IMG/VR virus record: IMGVR_UViG_3300028840_004776
DNA length: 64,000 bases
From: an uncultured virus (IMG/VR IMGVR_UViG_3300028840_004776)
Lineage: Duplodnaviria > Heunggongvirae > Uroviricota > Caudoviricetes
Strand: one strand, 5' to 3'
Shown piece by piece: positions 40,086-50,324 of this stretch (positions are counted from its first letter, which is position 1; each line of letters starts with the position of its first letter). Under the pieces are notes generated by a model. The model searched no databases. It was not told the DNA's origin and was given only the letters and a program-made list of their open reading frames with translations. A program made the translations under genes and the position numbers.

Positions 40086-42317
40086 ATGGGTAGACAATTA
40101 TTAGCTTCAAAAGTAGTAACATATGAAGAAGAACCAAAACTTCGGTCATTACCAGCATCACCAACGGCAGTAATCGGGGTTGTTGGACCAACAAAAAAAG
40201 GACCACTTGAAAGAACATTTATTACTTCATGGGAAGAGTTTGTTAAGATTTTTGGTGGTCATTATGCCGATTCTGAAGTTTCATTAAATATTTGGATGAC
40301 TTACAAGCAAGATCCCGGGTCACAAATGTGGATAAAACGTCTTGTTCATTACACAGATCCATCGGATGAAGGAACAAAAGCATCTGTTCAGGCAAATTAT
40401 ATGATTCCGTCCGTTGCAACGGCAGCATCGGCTGGTGAAGTTACGGGTAATGAACAAGCAACATTTGCGCTTGAACCAGCGCAAACACTTGAAATACATA
40501 TTGATGAAGATGCCGGTGGTCCGGATACAATTACATTCAATGCAACTGCATCGACATTGACCGGTGGAGCGACATCATTGCCAGCATCAACTGGCGATAC
40601 GATTGTATTTAATAGTGATGCTTATCCGGAAGATCAAACAATAACATTTACCGGAGATCATACAACAATAGAGCTAGTTGCTCAAGATATCAACGAACAA
40701 GCACGTGGTTTCAGGGCTGTTGTTGTTGGCGGTTCGACAATTAATTTTGAATCAGATACTCGCGGAACAAATTCATTGATGGCAATCATTTCTGGAACAG
40801 GAACAGCGTTGGCAGATATTGGTCATAGTGTTGATGCTGGTACCGCTGGAACCGGAAACGTTGGTGATATTGCTCGTGTAACATTTGCCGAAGCCGAATC
40901 GCTTATTGAAGCCGGTGTCACAAACCCAGTAACCGGTTGTGTTGTAACACAGGAAAGTACCGGAGAAATCACAATAACATCCGGAACAACCGGGGCCGGA
41001 TCATCGGTTCAAATTGAATCTGGTTCAACGGCAACCGGGTTTGGTTTTGATAATGATTTACACAGTGGTTCATCAACTGCATCTGTTGATTCATTACAAG
41101 TGCTTGGAAAATACGACGGAACATATGCTCATGATCTTCGTGTAAATATCGAAAATGCAACAAATGGAGAAGATGATTATTTCAATGTTATTGTAAAAGA
41201 TACGGACGGAAAAATAATTGAATCATTTCCAAATGTTCAAAATATTACAACAACAGATGATGATTTTGTTGAAACTGTTGTTGGTGCAGAAAATACTGGT
41301 TCATACGAAATAGCATTTGTTGATCAAGGCAATACAATTAGACCAGCTAACGGAATCTACACAATGACATCAGGAGACGATGGCCTTACATTGTTAGATG
41401 ACAATGATTATGTTGGGTCATCTTCCGGAGAAACTGGATTTCACGGATTTGATGATGTAAATAATATTTCAATTTTGATTTCACCAGGACGTGCAACACA
41501 AAATGTTCACGAAGGAATGGTTGAATATTGCGAAACATATCGCGATGAAACTATTTTTCCAATTCTTGATTGTCCGGCAAATTATAGCTACACACAAATG
41601 GTTACATACATGAAAAGCACAACAAATCTTAAGGGTTTGTCTGAATTTGGTGCAATGTATTGGCCACGGATAAAAGTTTTAAATCCATCAAAAGCAATTT
41701 ATGGACAAGATGAAGAAATTTATTGTTATCCATCCGGTCCGGTTGCTGGTGTTTATTCAAAAATTGATAATTCAAAACCAGGTGGAATTTATGAGCCACC
41801 GGCTGGTGTAATTATTGGTAGAATTGATGGTGCCCGTGGTTTTGAATTTGAGCAAGTCAAAAAAGAATCCGTTCGTGATGTTGTTTATCCAGAATACATA
41901 AATCCAATTACAACACAAGAAGGTTTTGCGATTTATATAGATGGTGTTTATACATTAGATATTACCGGAAATTTTCCAACTATTGCTGAACGCCGTGGTG
42001 TTATTTATATCAGAAAACAAATAAAACTTCTTTTAGAATATGCGCGACACAGAAACATTGATGAAGCACTGCTTCAATTTACTGAACGATCAGCGGAGTT
42101 TTTCTTAGAAACACAAATGAAACTAGGTGCTTTTGCATCAAAAAATCCTGAACTTGCTTATCGTGTAGATTTTTCAGAAGCACTCAATCCTCCGTCGGAA
42201 AGACGACAATTTAAATTAAATGGTAGAATAGGATTGGCAACACAAAAACCGGCTGAATTTATTGTTGTTGGATTTTATCAAGATAATTCAAAATTACTTG
42301 AAGAATTAGGTGAATAA
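40086..42317 (+). CDS. tail sheath protein
   Basis: VGPTKKGP....ITSWEEF...FGG, GAMYWPRIKV, PSG.VAG, INPI, ERR, KPAEFIV. Confidence 0.93.
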   Translation: MGRQLLASKVVTYEEEPKLRSLPASPTAVIGVVGPTKKGPLERTFITSWEEFVKIFGGHYADSEVSLNIWMTYKQDPGSQMWIKRLVHYTDPSDEGTKASVQANYMIPSVATAASAGEVTGNEQATFALEPAQTLEIHIDEDAGGPDTITFNATASTLTGGATSLPASTGDTIVFNSDAYPEDQTITFTGDHTTIELVAQDINEQARGFRAVVVGGSTINFESDTRGTNSLMAIISGTGTALADIGHSVDAGTAGTGNVGDIARVTFAEAESLIEAGVTNPVTGCVVTQESTGEITITSGTTGAGSSVQIESGSTATGFGFDNDLHSGSSTASVDSLQVLGKYDGTYAHDLRVNIENATNGEDDYFNVIVKDTDGKIIESFPNVQNITTTDDDFVETVVGAENTGSYEIAFVDQGNTIRPANGIYTMTSGDDGLTLLDDNDYVGSSSGETGFHGFDDVNNISILISPGRATQNVHEGMVEYCETYRDETIFPILDCPANYSYTQMVTYMKSTTNLKGLSEFGAMYWPRIKVLNPSKAIYGQDEEIYCYPSGPVAGVYSKIDNSKPGGIYEPPAGVIIGRIDGARGFEFEQVKKESVRDVVYPEYINPITTQEGFAIYIDGVYTLDITGNFPTIAERRGVIYIRKQIKLLLEYARHRNIDEALLQFTERSAEFFLETQMKLGAFASKNPELAYRVDFSEALNPPSERRQFKLNGRIGLATQKPAEFIVVGFYQDNSKLLEELGE

Positions 42318-42319
42318 AT

Positions 42320-42805
42320 ATGCCCTTACAATCAAAAGAAGTTGAATTTCTTCATGAATGGTCATTTCGTGTAGAAATAGACGATTTTACCGTTACTGAT
42401 TTCATGGAATGTAGTGGATTGAAACAAAATGTATCAAAAATTCAAACATGGCAAGGCGGAAGTGTGTCTCCGGTGCAAGAACCTGGTCGTGTGACATTTG
42501 ATGATGTCACTTTGCGGCGTGGTTATACAGGCGATAGAAGTTTCTATACTTGGGCAAAATTATGTGCTAATGTTTCCGCCAATGCTGGGGTCAGAACACA
42601 AAGACTAAAAAGAAATTTCGATATCGTTGCACTGCGGAGAGACGGAACAACCGCTGCTCGATGGCGTGTCAAAGGAGCATGGCCAACATCATTTACGGCC
42701 GGCGCATGGAATAACGACTCCGATAATGCACAGGTTGAAGAGCTTGTTTTAGCCATTGATGATTTTCATGTTATATCTGGAAGTCATGCTCCGATACCGT
42801 GGTAA
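42320..42805 (+). CDS. tail tube protein (T4 gp19-like)
   Basis: FRVEID...F.ECSGL, PGRVTFDDVTLRRG, W....AWP, EELVLA. Confidence 0.92.
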   Translation: MPLQSKEVEFLHEWSFRVEIDDFTVTDFMECSGLKQNVSKIQTWQGGSVSPVQEPGRVTFDDVTLRRGYTGDRSFYTWAKLCANVSANAGVRTQRLKRNFDIVALRRDGTTAARWRVKGAWPTSFTAGAWNNDSDNAQVEELVLAIDDFHVISGSHAPIPW

Positions 42806-42852
42806 AAAAACAATAAACAAGACCAAGACAAGGCCAAAATAAGGATAAAAAA

Positions 42853-43665
42853 ATGACACTTGAATTAGAAAAAGAAGTTATATTGCCAAGTGGGCTTTCT
42901 GGAATCATTAGACGAATGAAAATTAAGGATCATGAGATTTTGGGAAGCCCAAGATTGGCAAGAAAAGGAATAACACTTTCAAGATTTTTACAATCAATCT
43001 GGGTAGAAACAACTGATTTGGGAATATACGAAGAAAGTGATTGTTTTAAATTCAAACAATCTGACTCTGGAACAATCATTGACTGGGAACAAGTTTTGCT
43101 CGGAGACAGATTATTGATAATGACAGAAGCAAGAAAACTAAGATATGGTGATGAATATATTTTTGATCTTCCGTGTCCGGCTTGCGAACGAACAATAACA
43201 AGATTAGTTAAATTATCAGATATGAAAGTTTCCGGATTATCAGATGAAGCATATTCTCATTTACGTGCTGGAAACATGGAATTCGAGAGAACTTTTCCAA
43301 TAGAAAAAGTGGATTTCAAATTTAAATTAGCACAAGGTGTTGATGAAAAAAACATAGCAAAAGCAAGAGAAAAAACAAAAGTAAAACCAAGCGATGAAGA
43401 ACAGATATTGACAATAAATATATTATCTAGATTATCATGGATTTCAGGATGCCAATCGCCAAAACAGCGACTAGATTTTGTTCAAGACTTGTTTGGAGAT
43501 GATGCAGATTGGTTAAAAGAGCAATTTGAAGAAACAGATATCTCCGTTGATACAAAAATAAACATTGAATGTGTTTGTGGAAAAACATTTGAAAGAGAGG
43601 CTCCGTTTGATGAAAATTTTTTCTCAAAGAAATCAGTACCAACGGAGAATATATTAGAAATATAA
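42853..43665 (+). CDS. tail assembly chaperone
   Basis: LPSG, LLGDR..I....R...YG..Y.F...CP.C, C.CG, ends ENFF; between tube and tape measure. Confidence 0.75.
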   Translation: MTLELEKEVILPSGLSGIIRRMKIKDHEILGSPRLARKGITLSRFLQSIWVETTDLGIYEESDCFKFKQSDSGTIIDWEQVLLGDRLLIMTEARKLRYGDEYIFDLPCPACERTITRLVKLSDMKVSGLSDEAYSHLRAGNMEFERTFPIEKVDFKFKLAQGVDEKNIAKAREKTKVKPSDEEQILTINILSRLSWISGCQSPKQRLDFVQDLFGDDADWLKEQFEETDISVDTKINIECVCGKTFEREAPFDENFFSKKSVPTENILEI

Positions 43666-43826
43666 TTGCCGATTTAGCATATATATCCCATGGGGGTAGT
43701 GGTTTTGGCTGGCAGCCAAGTGAAATTATGGAATTAACTTTTGAAGATGCGGAGTTTTATATAAAAGAATTAAATAAAAAACGAAAAAATGACTATGATG
43801 CAATAAAGGCAGCAAACAAGAGGTAA
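43617..43826 (+). CDS. -1 frameshift extension of the tail chaperone (GT/E'-type)
   Basis: Slippery T TTT TTC at 43617-43623; the -1 frame is open to TAA 43826 and encodes ...GFGWQPSEIMELTFEDAEFYIKEL. Confidence 0.8.
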   Translation, partial: FFLKEISTNGEYIRNIIADLAYISHGGSGFGWQPSEIMELTFEDAEFYIKELNKKRKNDYDAIKAANKR

Positions 43827-43841
43827 AACAAGAGATTAATT

Positions 43842-46295
43842 ATGGGTAATTTTGAACAAATGGGTATTGGAATCATGCTTTCTGCGCGAGATATGATGTC
43901 TGGACCCATGGGGTTGATTCGCGGTAATTTTCTTGGCTTACAATCGGCAATAACATCCGGTGCCGGACGAATCATGAAATCATTTGCTGCTATTGCTGCG
44001 GGAGCGGCATTGCTTGGAACCGGACTTGCTGGTTTACGGGGATCATGGCAATTAGCAACAGAAGCAGGTGAATTTACACGGACATTAACATCCGTTGGAA
44101 TTGTTTCCAGAGCAACCCGCGGAGAAATGGAATTATTGCATCAATCTGCCGTTCAAGCTGGTATCGCTACACAATTTTCACCACAAGAAGCCGCCGAAGG
44201 TTTGCAATCATTGGCTACGGCTGGACAAAATGCTCAAGCATCAACCCAAACATTGATTCCCGTCTTAGATTTAGCAGCCGGATCATTGGGTCAATTAGGT
44301 GTTGCGGAAGCAGCATCTAGTGTTGTTGGTGTTTTAAATTCATATCAAATGTCGGCAAGCGAAGCAACAGGTGTTACAGATCGTTTGTTGAGAGTAACTC
44401 AAATGACGAATTTTCAAGCAAGTGATTTTGCTGTTGCACTTGGAAGATTGTCATCGGCCGGATCTTTGTATAATCAAACATTAGACGATCAATTAATTGG
44501 TATGGGTTTACTTAGAAACGCAAACATTGAAGCATCTGTTGGATCAACATCATTGAGGGAAGCACAACGAAGAATTTATACAGAAGAACAATCATTAAAA
44601 AATTTAAGGGAAGCAGGAATTGATGTTTATAACCAACAAACCGGAGCGGCAAGAGATTATTTGTCGATTATTACAGATGCATATGCAGCAACAAGAAGTA
44701 TGACTGATGAGGAACGAAATAGATTCGTCGTTCAAACATTTGGTCAACGCGGTATGGCTGCAATGAATGCAATTGGTCGTGCCCAGGTTGAAGTTACAAG
44801 GGAAGGACGTAGGGTTACACTAACCGGAATTGAAGCGATTAGACATATGCGCACCGAGATGGAAAACGCCGATGGAACAGCTCAAACATTCCGTGAGACT
44901 TTAGCGGATACATTTGCCGGACAAATGACGTTACTCACAGGAACATTACAAACTCTTAAAATTACTCTTGGTGAGGTATTTGGTAGAATTTTTAAACCAC
45001 TTGTTCTTGGTGTAACAACAGCAATTAATAAATTTATTCAAGTTTGGACTGCTATTCCAAAAGGTCTTCAAACATTTATTGGAATTGCTTTCCTTGGTAC
45101 ATCTGCATTTATGGTTTTAGCCGGTGCAATCTTAATCACGGCCGGTATAATTGGATTACTTGCTCCGATATTATCAACCGTTGGTGTTTTGATTTTAAAA
45201 ATCGCCGGTGCAATAGCGCTCGCATTGGCTCCGTTTATAGTACTTGGTGCCGGTGCAGTTGCTATATCAATAATGATTTATAAAGCGTATCAAAAAAATC
45301 TAGGGGGGATTGCAGATTTTATCGATAACATGATTGCCAAAGTAAGACTAACATGGGATGGATTGGTACAATTATTCACTCAAGGTGGTTTTTCCGGTGC
45401 AGTATTAGAAGAAATGGAGAAAGCAGAAAACGAAGGGATAATGCAATTCGTAATTAAAATTTTTCGTTTCGGGTCTAGACTAAAATCAATTTGGGACGGA
45501 ATGGTTGCATCGATTGGTCCAGCGTTCAAAACACTTGGACCAGCATTTAGTGAATTAGGGACAGCATTAAAAGGATTGTTTGTAGAAGTCGCAAAACTTT
45601 TTGGACCAACCGGAAAATTAGTAACCGGAGCAAACGAAGTACCGTTAAGTGAATATGCTGCAATCGGTGTTACAATAGCTCGCGTAATAATCGGTGCAAT
45701 TCACGGAGCAATATTTGCGACAACAATGCTAATTAGAACATTCAAAGTCTTAGCAATGTTCATGCAACCAATTGTTTGGGTTTCAAAACATGCTTTTGGT
45801 TTACTTGTTGAAATGATCGGTGTTGCCGGCGAATACATGGATTATTTGATTCCAAAAATTCAAAAAGCGGTTGAGTTTTTGTACAAACTAATTGAACCAT
45901 TGATGCCGTTGTTAGAAGCGACACAAGCAATCAATAGAACCGTTTTTGCAACAGCCGGTGGTGTTATTGGAGAAATTTTCCGCACCGGTGAAGATGATTC
46001 ATCACGACCGGAAGAACGCGGTGTTAGGTTGTCAACTCAACGTCGTGCCGAATCCGCAGAACGAACGGAATCTGGAAGAACACCAGCAGCAGCAAGCGCT
46101 GAAAGCACGGTTGCGAGTCAACGAGAATTACAAGCATCAATACAACAATTGGCTCAACAGCAACAACGAGGTCAACAAAGGCCATTGGAAATAACAATTA
46201 GAAACGAACTTGACGGAGAACAAATAGCTGAGTCCGTAACACGTGTTCAAGAACGCAATGGTGGCCTTGCCGGACAAGTAACGAGGCAAACATAA
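43842..46295 (+). CDS. tape measure protein (TP901-like core)
   Basis: TQFSPQEAAEGL..LA.AG...L..VLDLA; A/G-rich with a hydrophobic middle. Confidence 0.92.
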   Translation: MGNFEQMGIGIMLSARDMMSGPMGLIRGNFLGLQSAITSGAGRIMKSFAAIAAGAALLGTGLAGLRGSWQLATEAGEFTRTLTSVGIVSRATRGEMELLHQSAVQAGIATQFSPQEAAEGLQSLATAGQNAQASTQTLIPVLDLAAGSLGQLGVAEAASSVVGVLNSYQMSASEATGVTDRLLRVTQMTNFQASDFAVALGRLSSAGSLYNQTLDDQLIGMGLLRNANIEASVGSTSLREAQRRIYTEEQSLKNLREAGIDVYNQQTGAARDYLSIITDAYAATRSMTDEERNRFVVQTFGQRGMAAMNAIGRAQVEVTREGRRVTLTGIEAIRHMRTEMENADGTAQTFRETLADTFAGQMTLLTGTLQTLKITLGEVFGRIFKPLVLGVTTAINKFIQVWTAIPKGLQTFIGIAFLGTSAFMVLAGAILITAGIIGLLAPILSTVGVLILKIAGAIALALAPFIVLGAGAVAISIMIYKAYQKNLGGIADFIDNMIAKVRLTWDGLVQLFTQGGFSGAVLEEMEKAENEGIMQFVIKIFRFGSRLKSIWDGMVASIGPAFKTLGPAFSELGTALKGLFVEVAKLFGPTGKLVTGANEVPLSEYAAIGVTIARVIIGAIHGAIFATTMLIRTFKVLAMFMQPIVWVSKHAFGLLVEMIGVAGEYMDYLIPKIQKAVEFLYKLIEPLMPLLEATQAINRTVFATAGGVIGEIFRTGEDDSSRPEERGVRLSTQRRAESAERTESGRTPAAASAESTVASQRELQASIQQLAQQQQRGQQRPLEITIRNELDGEQIAESVTRVQERNGGLAGQVTRQT

Positions 46296-46858
46296 TGCCT
46301 AACAACGAAACAAATACAAACCCACCCAAATGTGCAATTATTAATTTAGCAACACAAGATAGATTTGATTTTCAATTCAATCCAACCGAATTACTCGAAC
46401 AACTATCAGTTGAATATGAAAGAATCTCAGGACCCGGGTCAACAAGACAAATATTACAATTCAAAGGTGTTCAAAATAAAAAAGTTCCAGTTCAAATTTA
46501 TTTATCACAATTTATTCGTGAAGAAGAGTTTGGTACATACGGGTTGGATGCAATTTCTCCAACGGTATTGCAAGAAAAGCAATGGCTTGAATCGCTCACA
46601 TACCCCATGGGGGATGGCGAAACAGATCGTCCTGATCCGCCAGATATTTTATTTATTTGGCCACGTACTATTCAGATTAAAGGAAAGGTTATAACGGCAA
46701 ATTTCAGACATCAAAGTTTTTCATCACGCACAGGGGAAACACGTAGGCTTGTTGCTGATTTAGCAATTGAAGAAGAAAGTGAAGTGAGAAAAATAATGCG
46801 TGATGTTATGAGTTATGAATTTAGTCATATGCCAACACCACAACAGTCAGCGAGATAA
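46295..46858 (+). CDS. tail tube initiator-like baseplate protein
   Basis: FQFNPTEL...L.V.Y, PPDILFIW. Confidence 0.75.
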   Translation: MPNNETNTNPPKCAIINLATQDRFDFQFNPTELLEQLSVEYERISGPGSTRQILQFKGVQNKKVPVQIYLSQFIREEEFGTYGLDAISPTVLQEKQWLESLTYPMGDGETDRPDPPDILFIWPRTIQIKGKVITANFRHQSFSSRTGETRRLVADLAIEEESEVRKIMRDVMSYEFSHMPTPQQSAR

Positions 46859-46860
46859 AA

Positions 46861-47187
46861 ATGCCACCATTGGTAAACTCAAGGTATCAAGATTGTTTTG
46901 CGATAGAAGATGAAAACAATGATAACAAATTGTTTTTAACTGAAAGAAAAAGATTTTTATATTCTCCTGATATAAAAACACGTAGGCACATTGTAAAAGA
47001 CGGTGAAACGGTTTGGAAACTTGCTGGAAGATATTATCCGGAATATAAAAATATGTTTTGGGTTATTTGTGATTTTCAACCGGTACCTATAAATGATCCA
47101 ACATTAGATTTGGAACCAGGCAGAGAATTGTTAATACCGAGTCAGAGTGCCGTAAAAGAATTCTTATCACAAAATGAAATGATATAA
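46861..47187 (+). CDS. LysM/tail X-like baseplate protein
   Basis: HIVKDGETVWKLAGRYY...WVICDF...DP..LEPG.ELLIP. Confidence 0.82.
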   Translation: MPPLVNSRYQDCFAIEDENNDNKLFLTERKRFLYSPDIKTRRHIVKDGETVWKLAGRYYPEYKNMFWVICDFQPVPINDPTLDLEPGRELLIPSQSAVKEFLSQNEMI

Positions 47188-47191
47188 AAAA

Positions 47192-47737
47192 ATGATTTAC
47201 GCAGGAATAGGGTCAAGAACAACACCAAAAAATATTAAATTTATTATGTGTGAATTGGCTGAAAGATTAGAAGACGAAGGACATATTTTAAGAAGCGGTG
47301 GAGCAATTGGTGCGGATACAGCTTTTGAACATGGAATAAAATACCCGAAAAATAAACAAATATTTTATGCAAGCAACAATGTACCATTTTGGTGTTTTGA
47401 AAAAATAAAAAAATATATACCCAAAAACAGACCACCGTTTGAAAAATGGAAATCATACGCTAAAAAAATAGTTGCGCGAAACATGCAAATTTTTTTTGGT
47501 AACGATTTTCAAACTGTTGATTTTGTTATTTGTTGGACACCATTTATCGATTACACAGATGCCGGTGGAACCGGATATATTTTGAGGTGTGCACACGAAC
47601 ATAATATTCCAATATACAATTTATATATCAAACACGATTTAGATATCATCAATTTTTATTTGGAAAATAAAAATTTATTATTCAAGGAAGAGATTACAGA
47701 ACGTGTAATTTCTTTTGCTGTAAATGTCTATATTTAA
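47192..47737 (+). CDS. SLOG (DprA/YpsA-like) nucleotide-binding protein
   Basis: YAGIGSR.TP, LRSGGA.GADTAFE, ARN, VICWT, GGTG. Confidence 0.8.
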   Translation: MIYAGIGSRTTPKNIKFIMCELAERLEDEGHILRSGGAIGADTAFEHGIKYPKNKQIFYASNNVPFWCFEKIKKYIPKNRPPFEKWKSYAKKIVARNMQIFFGNDFQTVDFVICWTPFIDYTDAGGTGYILRCAHEHNIPIYNLYIKHDLDIINFYLENKNLLFKEEITERVISFAVNVYI

Positions 47738-49145
47738 TCCAATAATAAGTGCTAAATGGGAATCAGAATTATCCCCAAATCAAGTAACGGAATTTGAAGA
47801 TGATATCAAAGACAGAATACTGTCAATAACGTATACGGAAAAAACAAAAGGTGCAGATGAAGCTAGTTTGGTTTTAAATAATCACGATCTTGCTCTTTTT
47901 GACGATGACCGGATAGCCCGTGGAAATAAATTGCACCTCGCTTGGGGATACATGCATGAGATGTCTCCGGTCCGTGTGTTCACAATAAAAGAAGTTAAAG
48001 GCTGGAGTAAATTAAATATATCCGGATCGATGTCTGATGAAGAAGATTTTATTGGACAGCAAAAAACACGTATATTTGAAAACAAGTGTTATTACGAAAT
48101 AGCAACACAAATTGCACGCGAATATGGATTTGTTGATCCATCTACTCGTGATATTGAAGTACCTGATACAATAATCCGTAGAGATGTTGTTCAAGATTCA
48201 AAAAGTGATTATCAGTTTCTTACAGAATTAGCCGAAGAAGATGGTTGGATTTTTAGAATCTCATTAGGTATTTTTCATTTTCATCCGGTTAGAGACGGGG
48301 AACAACCAAATTTGACATTGGTTTATTTTACTCATAACGCCGGTTGGTTTGTCGGTGAACCGCAAATTGAAGAAGGGGACATCGGTGTTCCGAGTAGAGT
48401 TACACGTCGTGGCAGATCAACGCGTGAACGATCTGATGTTTCCGGTACCGCTGGAAATAACGATGATCCTCAACGAAATGTGCAAGGTGAGCGTGTTTTA
48501 TTAATTGATCCGGATACTGGAAACACAAGAACCGTTATTAGAAGTAGAGAAAATAGACAAAGCTCAGATCAACCAACAACGGCACAAACAAACGAAGAAG
48601 CAACAAATGAATCGCGCGCAAGATTCCGTGCAGCAGAAAGAAAAGCTTTAAAGCTAAGTGTGCAATTGATTGGTATGCCGCAATTGAAAGCAGATACAAA
48701 TATTAGATTAGAAGGGATCGGTCAACGTTTATCCGGCAATTATTTAATCAAAGAAATTCAACACAATATAGGTCAAGGTTATAAGTGTCGATTAAAATTA
48801 GTTAGAAATGCCGTTTCCGGTGGAAGACGGTCCGGTCAAGCAACTGCCAGGGCTACATTGAATAATATTCGTAGACTACAACTTGAATTGGTGACAGCAC
48901 GGAACAACAACCAAATAACAGAAGAACAATACCAAGAAAGATTAAGAGATATATCACGGCTAGAAGCAAGAGCATGGAGTTCTGCAATAGAGCGAGCAAA
49001 CGGACAGCAAAATAATAGAAATAATAGAGCATCAAACAATACACAAACAACCCAAGGTCAAGAGATGCAACGCGTTGTGAGTATTGATCCGGACACAGGA
49101 AATCGTCGTACATTGTATCGACGGCCTTCATCAACAACAGGATAA
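47724..49145 (+). CDS. baseplate hub (P2 gpD/late control D-like)
   Basis: WGY, IA..YG, Q..KSDYQFL..LA, G.P.L.A...I.L.GIG.RLSG.Y.I..I.H. Confidence 0.85.
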   Translation: MSIFNPIISAKWESELSPNQVTEFEDDIKDRILSITYTEKTKGADEASLVLNNHDLALFDDDRIARGNKLHLAWGYMHEMSPVRVFTIKEVKGWSKLNISGSMSDEEDFIGQQKTRIFENKCYYEIATQIAREYGFVDPSTRDIEVPDTIIRRDVVQDSKSDYQFLTELAEEDGWIFRISLGIFHFHPVRDGEQPNLTLVYFTHNAGWFVGEPQIEEGDIGVPSRVTRRGRSTRERSDVSGTAGNNDDPQRNVQGERVLLIDPDTGNTRTVIRSRENRQSSDQPTTAQTNEEATNESRARFRAAERKALKLSVQLIGMPQLKADTNIRLEGIGQRLSGNYLIKEIQHNIGQGYKCRLKLVRNAVSGGRRSGQATARATLNNIRRLQLELVTARNNNQITEEQYQERLRDISRLEARAWSSAIERANGQQNNRNNRASNNTQTTQGQEMQRVVSIDPDTGNRRTLYRRPSSTTG

Positions 49146-49148
49146 ATT

Positions 49149-49883
49149 ATGCCCGGAGAAAAAGATAATAATCTATACATAGGTGAAGTTGTAAATAATA
49201 AAGATCCGGAAAATTTGATTCGTATCAAAGCTCGTGTTGTTGGAAAATTTGAACCGGAATCCCCATGGTGTCAACCAATTGGTCAACCGGGATCCGGCGG
49301 AACAAGAAACGGAACACAAAAGGGCCGTGTTGAAGTGCCTCCGGTAGGTGCTAACGTAGCGATATTATTTGAACAAGGCAATGTTCAACGTCCGTGTTAT
49401 TTACCGGGCCCATGGGGTTGTCCCAACGGTGTAACGGATGTACCCAATTCTGCGATAATAGAAGATGAAAACAGACAATCTGTTGTAGAAGAGTGCGAAG
49501 AGTTTGAGATTATTAGAGACGGAAGAACAACGGATAAATTTTACCAAATAAAACACAAATCTTCTGGATTGATTATCCGTATTGACGGAATTGATAATAA
49601 AATTTATTTTGCCGCAGATGATGCCGATCAAGCACTTATTAGGGGAACAGAATACAGAGCGGAAGAAGCTTCTGTTTTATCAGATATTGCCAGTGCATTA
49701 TTCAATGCTTCTGTTTCATTAAATACCGCTGGAACAGATCCGGTATTTTCTGGACTTGCACCGGCGGCAGCGTCTGCAATTGTTAGTGCCGGAACACAAT
49801 TAATGAATGCATCAACATCTATTTCTGGATCACAATTAATAACAGCATCATCATATTTGTCGCAAAAAGTTTTTACGGATTAA
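49149..49883 (+). CDS. baseplate spike (gpV/gp5 OB-fold)
   Basis: GEVVNNKDPENLIRIKARV, W, PPVGANV...FEQG....P.Y. Confidence 0.85.
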   Translation: MPGEKDNNLYIGEVVNNKDPENLIRIKARVVGKFEPESPWCQPIGQPGSGGTRNGTQKGRVEVPPVGANVAILFEQGNVQRPCYLPGPWGCPNGVTDVPNSAIIEDENRQSVVEECEEFEIIRDGRTTDKFYQIKHKSSGLIIRIDGIDNKIYFAADDADQALIRGTEYRAEEASVLSDIASALFNASVSLNTAGTDPVFSGLAPAAASAIVSAGTQLMNASTSISGSQLITASSYLSQKVFTD

Positions 49884-49886
49884 AAA

Positions 49887-50324
49887 ATGACAAAAAATGT
49901 GCAAAAATATGGTAAATTTATCGGTCACGGAATTCTGTTTCCGTTTCAACGCAATCAAAAGAATGACATTTTAAATGGAACCGGAATTAAATTAATAAAA
50001 TCATCAATAAAACAAATACTTGGAACAACATGTTCCTCTCCGATAACATACGGTGAATTGCCGTATGATCAACAATTCGGATCATTATTAACTGTTATAA
50101 GACATAAAAATATTGATGATCCAGTTACGTATGAATTAGCTGTTTATTATGTTGTTGATGCGTTGAAAAAATGCGAACCAAGAATCAAAATACGCGGTGT
50201 TAAAATTGTATCAAAAAGAAAAGAATTTAAATTTATCATCAAATTAGCATATGATATTATAGATTCAAACATAGAATCAAATAAAGTAATTGAAAAAAAT
50301 GTCATTCAAGAGGTTGAAGTATGA
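49887..50324 (+). CDS. baseplate wedge gp25/gpW-like
   Basis: G.GI.FPF, SIKQILGT...GELP....FGS, EPRI. Confidence 0.88.
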   Translation: MTKNVQKYGKFIGHGILFPFQRNQKNDILNGTGIKLIKSSIKQILGTTCSSPITYGELPYDQQFGSLLTVIRHKNIDDPVTYELAVYYVVDALKKCEPRIKIRGVKIVSKRKEFKFIIKLAYDIIDSNIESNKVIEKNVIQEVEV

